Shown piece by piece: positions 58,375 through 64,000 of a stretch of 64,000 bases of DNA (within the stretch, counting starts at the first letter, position 1; the number at the start of each line of letters is the position of its first letter). This DNA comes from an uncultured Enterobacteriaceae bacterium (GTDB taxonomy: Bacteria > Pseudomonadota > Gammaproteobacteria > Eutrophobiales > Eutrophobiaceae). The stretch lies in the NCBI GenBank assembly GCA_964479045.1, contig CAYZJI010000003.1, positions 95,483 to 159,482 of the forward strand, in the 5' to 3' direction. The notes under the pieces are model-generated. The model had not been told where the DNA came from, did no database searches, and was given only the letters and a program-made list of their open reading frames with translations. A program made the translations under genes and the position numbers.

Positions 58375-58764
58375 ATGGCACAGTGGCGCAAGAAAGAAAA
58401 AGACGCGACGTACACCGAAGACGAAATTAATGCCCGGCTCAAAGACGAGCTGCCAAACTGGTATTACGAAGACGGCTGGATCCGGCGTAAATACAAGACC
58501 AGTGGCTGGAAAGGCACACTGATGGTGGTGACGACAGTCGGACACTTGTCTGAAGCAGCATTTCATCATCCCGATCTTACGGTGTCGTATGCGTTTGTGA
58601 TTGTGAAATTGATGAACCATGCCGCCAAGGGGATCACCAACAAGGATTTCGAACTCGCCAAAAAGATTGAGGATGTCATTATGTGGCAGCCCGGCAAGGA
58701 AGAGGGCAGCGCACTGGAAGGCACCCCGGACGATCCGCGGTTCAAGTATATTAAATACGATTAA
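58375..58764 (+). CDS. Pterin-4a-carbinolamine dehydratase (PCD/DCoH)
   Basis: 129 aa, sequence ...GWKGTLMVVTTVGHLSEAAFHHPDLTVSYAFVIVKLMNHAAKGIT... Confidence 0.7.
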   Translation: MAQWRKKEKDATYTEDEINARLKDELPNWYYEDGWIRRKYKTSGWKGTLMVVTTVGHLSEAAFHHPDLTVSYAFVIVKLMNHAAKGITNKDFELAKKIEDVIMWQPGKEEGSALEGTPDDPRFKYIKYD

Positions 58765-58839
58765 AAATTAACGGCTGAACAGCAAGAACCGGAGTGATGC
58801 TACCGGCAGTTGGCATTACAGTACTGACTGTATACATCA

Positions 58840-59709
58840 TTGCAGAAAATACTCATGAAGGTTCATGCTGGAACACGGCCGCTATCACACGCACAAACCG
58901 TTGCTGAAATATGCAGGTTGATTGAAACGTCCGAAACTCCGCCCAATCTGGGTGAACTCGCGGCCCATGCCGGCATGAGTCCCTGGCATTTTCATCGCGT
59001 GTTCAAGAACCAGACCGGACTGACTCCCAAAGCCTACGCGACCGCCCATCGGGCCCGGCGTGTCAGAAATGAACTCAAGCGCAATCGCAAGGTAACCGAT
59101 GCCATACTCCATGCCGGTTATAATTCCAACAGCCGGTTTTATGAGAAATCCGCTGAATTTCTCGGGATGACGCCGTCCCGTTATCGCGCGGGTGGAGTTG
59201 ATATCGAAATCCGATTTGCAATCGGAGAAACTTCCCTGGGATCGATACTGGTGGCCTGCAGTGAACGTGGTATCTGCGCCATTTTTATGGGGGACGATCC
59301 GGATATGCTGGTACGTGAATTACAGGATCATTTCCCACGTGCCAATCTGATCGGAGGTGACGAACAATTTGAGCTGTGGGTGGCCAAGGTAGTTGGTTTT
59401 ATTGAAGCACCGGCCATCGGGCTCGAACTGCCACTGGACATTCGCGGCACGGCATTTCAGCAACGGGTATGGAATGCGCTCAGAAAAATTCCTTCCGGTA
59501 CAACAGTCAGTTATACCGAGATTGCCAAACGTATCGGCGCCCCGAAATCAGTGCGCGCGGTTGCACAAGCCTGTGCCGCAAATACTCTGGCTGTTGCCAT
59601 TCCCTGCCATCGTGTTGTGCGAAATGATGGTGGATTGTCCGGGTACCGCTGGGGTGTGGAACGCAAACGTAAATTGCTGGAAAGGGAAGCGGCAGAAAAA
59701 ACGCAGTAG
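58840..59709 (+). CDS. AraC-type HTH fused to methylated-DNA--protein-cysteine methyltransferase (Ada-like, lacking the N-terminal Zn domain)
   Basis: AraC HTH (MSPWHFHRVFKNQTGLTPKAY) and the MGMT active site IPCHRVV. Confidence 0.8.
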   Translation: MQKILMKVHAGTRPLSHAQTVAEICRLIETSETPPNLGELAAHAGMSPWHFHRVFKNQTGLTPKAYATAHRARRVRNELKRNRKVTDAILHAGYNSNSRFYEKSAEFLGMTPSRYRAGGVDIEIRFAIGETSLGSILVACSERGICAIFMGDDPDMLVRELQDHFPRANLIGGDEQFELWVAKVVGFIEAPAIGLELPLDIRGTAFQQRVWNALRKIPSGTTVSYTEIAKRIGAPKSVRAVAQACAANTLAVAIPCHRVVRNDGGLSGYRWGVERKRKLLEREAAEKTQ

Positions 59710-59719
59710 GGATATTGGA

Positions 59720-60199
59720 TTATTTTTTGCGTTTCCAGTGGCCGGACTTGCCGCCGGATTTTTCCACCAGCCGCACATCGGTGATGGTCATGCCGCGATC
59801 CGCGGATTTGCACATATCATAGATGGTCAGCAAGGTAACCTGGACTGCCGTCAGTGCTTCCATTTCCACCCCGGTCTGATCCCGCGTTTCGGTGGTGATC
59901 CGGCAATAAACCGCGTTTTTGTTTTTTTGTGGTTCAAGTTCAATTTCAATGTGGGTGATACCGATGGGATGGCAGAGCGGAATGAGTTCTGAGGTTTTTT
60001 TGGCAGCCATGATTCCGGCGACGCGCGCGATACCGAGGACATCGCCTTTTTTATGTTTCCCGGCGAGGATCAGTTTCAGGGTTTTCGCCTGCATATGCAC
60101 CGTGCCTTCTGCGATAGCACGCCGCTGACTGACGGCTTTATTCCCTACATTCACCATGTGGGCCTCACCTTTGCGGTTAAAGTGCGTGAGTTTTGCCAT
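59720..60199 (-). CDS. moaC: Cyclic pyranopterin monophosphate synthase MoaC
   Basis: [21 protein letters not shown]... matches the MoaC N-terminus. Start at ATG 60199; ORF-track start 60226 is an extension. Confidence 0.9.
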   Translation of the reverse strand: MAKLTHFNRKGEAHMVNVGNKAVSQRRAIAEGTVHMQAKTLKLILAGKHKKGDVLGIARVAGIMAAKKTSELIPLCHPIGITHIEIELEPQKNKNAVYCRITTETRDQTGVEMEALTAVQVTLLTIYDMCKSADRGMTITDVRLVEKSGGKSGHWKRKK

Positions 60200-60282
60200 A
60201 CTTTGAACAGGATTCCGGATCCACAATGTTTTATACTACGAGTTAATGATTAATCCTAATCACATGTATTATATATAAAAAT

Positions 60283-60522
60283 ATGACCGTCACAGTTAAA
60301 TATTTTGCCAGTCTGCGCGAATTGCTCGGTCGCAGTGAAGAGGCACTGGATCTTGGTAACAGGACCGTTACGGTATCCGAACTCTGGCAGCAGGTGGCCG
60401 GCAGCCAACAGACATTACCGGCCAATGTTCTGACGGCTATCAATATGGAATATGTGAAAGCAGATGCACGCATCAAGGATGGCGATGAAGTCGCATTCTT
60501 TCCGCCGGTGACGGGTGGCTGA
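60283..60522 (+). CDS. moaD: Molybdopterin synthase sulfur carrier MoaD
   Basis: 79 aa ending FPPVTGG. Followed by moaE with a 2-bp gap. Confidence 0.85.
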   Translation: MTVTVKYFASLRELLGRSEEALDLGNRTVTVSELWQQVAGSQQTLPANVLTAINMEYVKADARIKDGDEVAFFPPVTGG

Positions 60523-60524
60523 CT

Positions 60525-60959
60525 ATGAAGATTGAAATCAGGGCAAAATCATTTAATCCGTTTGCTGAAATCCAGCAGTATCAGGAACAGATGCAGAAGA
60601 ACGGGCAATTTGGTGCCATGGCATCATTCATCGGCAGCATGCGTGATTTTAATGAAGGCGAGAGTGTGAGGGAGATGCAGCTTGAGCATTATCCCGGCAT
60701 GACCGAGAAACACCTGACGGATATTTGCATGCAGGCAAGTGATAAATGGGATGTGATCGATATTCTGGTTTTGCATCGTATCGGACATATCGAAATCGGT
60801 GCGCCGATTGTGCTGGTATGTGTGTGGTCAGCGCACCGTGCCGCCGCATTCGATGCCTGCCGTTTCATCATGGAAGATCTGAAATCGAAAGCGCCGTTCT
60901 GGAAGCAGGAAACGCTGGAGCAGGGTAAACGCTGGGTGGAAAAGAATACGCCTGGGTGA
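60525..60959 (+). CDS. moaE: Molybdopterin synthase catalytic subunit MoaE
   Basis: 144 aa, MoaE-like throughout. Confidence 0.9.
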   Translation: MKIEIRAKSFNPFAEIQQYQEQMQKNGQFGAMASFIGSMRDFNEGESVREMQLEHYPGMTEKHLTDICMQASDKWDVIDILVLHRIGHIEIGAPIVLVCVWSAHRAAAFDACRFIMEDLKSKAPFWKQETLEQGKRWVEKNTPG

Positions 60960-60962
60960 CGT

Positions 60963-61003
60963 GCATGGATGCACTAACGCCGCGGGCGCAGGATGCGCAG
61001 GAG
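60963..61003. repeat. Short GC-rich repeat sharing a 21-nt core with 48327-48347
   Basis: GTGCATGGATGCAC palindrome followed by GCCGCGGGCGCAGGATGCGCAGGAGCGGCGC. The core GCCGCGGGCGCAGGATGCGCA is identical to the core at 48.3 kb. Confidence 0.4.
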
Positions 61004-61151
61004 CGGCGCTAAGAATCAAAAGAGTCAGTATCGATTGATTGTTAAACTTGGTACTGGCTGAGCAGTCTTTTAAAGACCTACTAACATTTTTAATGGGTAA
61101 TACTGAATTCTGCCATGAATCAATCGACACTGACCCTTTTGATTATGGATG

Positions 61152-62135
61152 TTATTTTTTCTTTTCCAAACCCTGTATTTTTTCTTCCAACTCCCGTTTT
61201 TCTGATTCGATCTTGCTTACCTTGAGCATCACTTTCTCCATTTGTTTATACACATCGGAAATGACTTTATTGAGTTCCTTGGACATCTCCGTTATGTCAG
61301 CAGTTTGACCTGATTGTAACTTGGAAAGAACCCGCTTTCTTTCTTCCTGAATTTCTTTCAAACTGTATTCACCTGATCTGTCCAGATCACCATTAGCAAC
61401 AGCTTGCGGTTTCTTTTTCTCTGCGGGTTTTTCCTTGTTTTCTGTTTGAGCCAGTTTTTCAATCCCGCCTTTCAGGTAGCTGACATTAAATCCTCTTTCC
61501 ATTAACAGGAAAGTGGCAATTGCACTCCGGGAACCATTATCACAATAAACGACATAGTGTTTGTTTTTGTCCAGCGTATCTGCATCCATTCTGAGCGTAT
61601 TTAACGGGAGATTAATACTGCCTTTCAACTTTAACGCTGCCTGATCAAATTCATTTTTAAACCGGCAGTCAATACACAAAGCGCCTCCTTTAACCAGATC
61701 TCTGGTTTTATCAAAAGTTACTGAGTCCAGTACCCGGTTAATAATCAAATTAAGAAAATCGTCTTTCTTTATGCGGGTTAGCTGTCCGTCTTTTAGTGCT
61801 GTGACTGATGCATTTCGTGCCACATTGCCAATCAGTGCTTCTTCGCCAAATCCCTTACCTTCGTCCAGATCGGCGAGTTTGAATTCTTTACCGGTTTTCT
61901 GCGGTTTTCTGCTGACACGAAATAAACCTTCATCAATAATGTAATAGTAATCACCCGCGTCACCCTGTTTAATAACAACTTCATTTTTGGCGACATCTAT
62001 TTTTTCAAATAACAGAAATATTTTCTGAATTTCCTGAAACGGGATGTTCTTGAATATATGTGAATGCAGTAATTTAGACATCCAGTCGTCGTCATCTGCT
62101 CCACTATTAATATGATTGTCTTCGACAGTAGTCAT
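61152..62135 (-). CDS. Cyclic-nucleotide-binding domain + rhodanese domain protein with a C-terminal coiled-coil
   Basis: cNMP-binding FGEEALI motif. Rhodanese active-site loop YCDNGSRS. Lys/Glu-rich coiled-coil tail. Confidence 0.7.
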   Translation of the reverse strand: MTTVEDNHINSGADDDDWMSKLLHSHIFKNIPFQEIQKIFLLFEKIDVAKNEVVIKQGDAGDYYYIIDEGLFRVSRKPQKTGKEFKLADLDEGKGFGEEALIGNVARNASVTALKDGQLTRIKKDDFLNLIINRVLDSVTFDKTRDLVKGGALCIDCRFKNEFDQAALKLKGSINLPLNTLRMDADTLDKNKHYVVYCDNGSRSAIATFLLMERGFNVSYLKGGIEKLAQTENKEKPAEKKKPQAVANGDLDRSGEYSLKEIQEERKRVLSKLQSGQTADITEMSKELNKVISDVYKQMEKVMLKVSKIESEKRELEEKIQGLEKKK

Positions 62136-62258
62136 GATTCAGCTGGCAAGGTAAATCAGATATTTTTTTCTATATCATCCTGTATGCAGGTTATATCGAT
62201 TTATAGGCCAAGTTTAACACAAACAAAAAAAGTGCCGGAGTGATTTATTTTTGAGCAA

Positions 62259-63491
62259 TCAGACTAAACCAAAGAAAGGCTGGATATCCACCATCGTACC
62301 CGGTTCAACGTTGCCGCTTTCCATCGGCAGTATGATGAAGCAGTTGGCCTGCGCCATGGATCGCAGAATACCGGAACCCTGTTCTCCGGTTTTTCGTACG
62401 GTCAGTTGCCCGCTCTCATCGCGGCTTAAAATCCCACGTTGATATTCAATCCGTCCCGGCCGTTTTTTGAGTTTTGATTTGCATAGCACCTTGTAGGTCA
62501 ACGTTTCAATTTCATGTGCGCCCATCAGGTGGCGCAGGGCCGGTTGTACAAACTGGTAGAATGTGACCATGACAGAAACCGGATTGCCGGGTAAGCCAAA
62601 AAACCAGGTATTTTTGATTTTTCCGAACGCCAGCGGGCGGCCGGGTTTCATGGCGACTTTCCAGAAATTAACACTGCCTACTTTCTGCAGGATTTCCTTC
62701 ACATAATCGGCTTCACCGACGGACACGCCACCGGAGGTGATCAACACATCCGCTTTTTCTGCTGCTTTGGCAAATCCGGCTTCAAGTTTAGCCTGATTAT
62801 CACGGATGACGCCCATGTCGATAATTTGAACTCCGAGCCGGGACAACATGCCATGCAGAGTGTAACGGTTGCTGTCATAAATCTGACCATTTTCAAGCGG
62901 TTCGCCAATGGAACGCAATTCATCACCGGTGGAGAAAAACGCCACACGCAAGCGTCGCGTGACACTGACTTCGGCGATACCAAGTGAGGCAATCAGGCCA
63001 ATATCTGCCGGTGTCAATTCCGTTCCAGTGCCAAGGATGGTATCACCCGTGGCGATATCTTCTCCGGCCTTGCGTACGTTGGCGCCGGGTTTGGTGCTGT
63101 TGTCGATCATGATGGAATGATCTTTCCGTTGCACATGTTCCTGCATCAGTACGGTGTCTGTGCCTTCCGGCATGATGGCGCCGGTCATGATGCGTACACA
63201 TTCCCCTGTATTGACCGGCGCGGCACAGGGTTTCCCCGCAAATGACGTGCCAACAAGTTTTAATTCCCGTGTTCCCGCGGCCGGTATATCAGTGCCATGT
63301 ATGGCATAACCATCCATCGCGGAATTGGTGCCGGAAGGGACATTGATTGGCGAAACGATCTTTTCAGCGAGGATGCACCCGAGTGCATCACGTATTTTGA
63401 CCTGTTCCGTTTCAGTGACCGGTTGGAGAGCATTGATGATCATTCTTAATGCAACATCGGCCGGCAATGAGGCCGGATCATAATCATCCAT
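62259..63491 (-). CDS. moeA: Molybdopterin molybdotransferase MoeA
   Basis: ...NSAMDGYA... MoeA motif. Start chosen at ATG 63491 (MDDYDPASL) by alignment to MoeA N-termini. Alternatives are 63524 and the ORF-track 63566. Confidence 0.85.
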   Translation of the reverse strand: MDDYDPASLPADVALRMIINALQPVTETEQVKIRDALGCILAEKIVSPINVPSGTNSAMDGYAIHGTDIPAAGTRELKLVGTSFAGKPCAAPVNTGECVRIMTGAIMPEGTDTVLMQEHVQRKDHSIMIDNSTKPGANVRKAGEDIATGDTILGTGTELTPADIGLIASLGIAEVSVTRRLRVAFFSTGDELRSIGEPLENGQIYDSNRYTLHGMLSRLGVQIIDMGVIRDNQAKLEAGFAKAAEKADVLITSGGVSVGEADYVKEILQKVGSVNFWKVAMKPGRPLAFGKIKNTWFFGLPGNPVSVMVTFYQFVQPALRHLMGAHEIETLTYKVLCKSKLKKRPGRIEYQRGILSRDESGQLTVRKTGEQGSGILRSMAQANCFIILPMESGNVEPGTMVDIQPFFGLV

Positions 63492-63525
63492 GCAACTGAT
63501 TTCTTTTTTGATGACTTCCGCCATG

Positions 63526-64000
63526 TCACGTCCCGGTCTGTTTCTGCTGGCGCCGCAGGAAATCATTTACGATGAACGCAGCGATTTGCTGTGGATTATT
63601 GAGATCCAGTACGGGCAATGCGGTTTTAACCGGCAGTTCCGCATCCGTGGCGACAGCAATCACGCTGTGATCTTCCGGATAAAACAGAGGATTGCCCAGT
63701 GACGGCCGTATCAGTTCAATTTTGGGAATGTGTTCCGGCTTGAAGCCCTCGACCAGTATCAGTTCCAGATTATCGTGGTCCAGTTTCTGTATAAAATCCT
63801 GCAGGGTATTTTTGTGATTACCGGTTTCTACCATGAGCGCCCAGCGTTTGTCTGACCCGATGAGCATTTGTTTCGCGCCAGCCTTGCGTAGCTTGTAGCT
63901 GTCCTTGCCTTCCTGATCAATATCAAAAGTATGGTGCGCATGTTTGATCACGCCCGTGCGGATATCCTGCGCTGTCAGTAATGGCAGCAGGTTGACCAGC
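63526..64000 (-). CDS. mobB: Molybdopterin-guanine dinucleotide biosynthesis adapter MobB, 5' end beyond the window
   Basis: ...GVIKHAHHTFDIDQEGKDSYKLRKAGA...LDHDNLELILVEGFK matches MobB. The frame stays open to the window edge; the P-loop is expected upstream. Confidence 0.75.
   Translation of the reverse strand, partial: LVNLLPLLTAQDIRTGVIKHAHHTFDIDQEGKDSYKLRKAGAKQMLIGSDKRWALMVETGNHKNTLQDFIQKLDHDNLELILVEGFKPEHIPKIELIRPSLGNPLFYPEDHSVIAVATDAELPVKTALPVLDLNNPQQIAAFIVNDFLRRQQKQTGT

Overview
About 64 kb of a gammaproteobacterial chromosome, roughly 48-50% GC by eye and compositionally mosaic. It is probably from a marine methylotroph. That guess rests on the PQQ, methanopterin/methanofuran-type and tungsten-AOR genes together with a Vibrio-type TonB2 gene layout. 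The window opens with the conserved core block rseP (3' end)-bamA-skp-lpxD-fabZ-lpxA-lpxB-rnhB-dnaE-accA-tilS. An accessory stretch follows. (i) A tightly packed six-gene minus-strand envelope cluster at 13695-18245 that I cannot assign to any characterised stator-driven system: L,D-transpeptidase, DUF302, MotA/ExbB-like, ExbD/MotB-like, a small membrane protein, and a periplasmic vWA / cytoplasmic FHA fusion. (ii) A solitary pqqA precursor-peptide gene (24 aa). It has a near-consensus sigma-54 promoter and its own terminator, sits beside a divergent HK/NtrC-type pair, and lies more than 30 kb from pqqBCDE, whose pqqD carries an in-frame TAA. (iii) A CzcCBA-like RND efflux operon followed by a receiver-domain/Hanks Ser/Thr kinase fusion. 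(iv) A TtpB-TtpC-ExbB-ExbD-TonB-TtpD (TonB2-type) operon. (v) A NarX/NarL-type two-component system, orphan PQQ-dehydrogenase accessory genes (YVTN propeller, MxaJ-like) and an AorABC-type tungsten aldehyde oxidoreductase operon with its own MoaD-like gene. (vi) A porin, a SHOCT protein, pip, folP, the pqqBCDE cluster, methanopterin/methanofuran-type genes, an AraC-MGMT fusion and moaC/moaDE/moeA/mobB. Repeat families: a TA-flanked MITE with 19-bp TIRs (two intact copies, one degenerate relative); a CCCCC-TTGCA-GGGGG palindrome family bracketing a DUF559 gene; heptanucleotide tandem arrays at two loci; and a short GC-rich dispersed repeat. No tRNA, rRNA or CRISPR array was seen.
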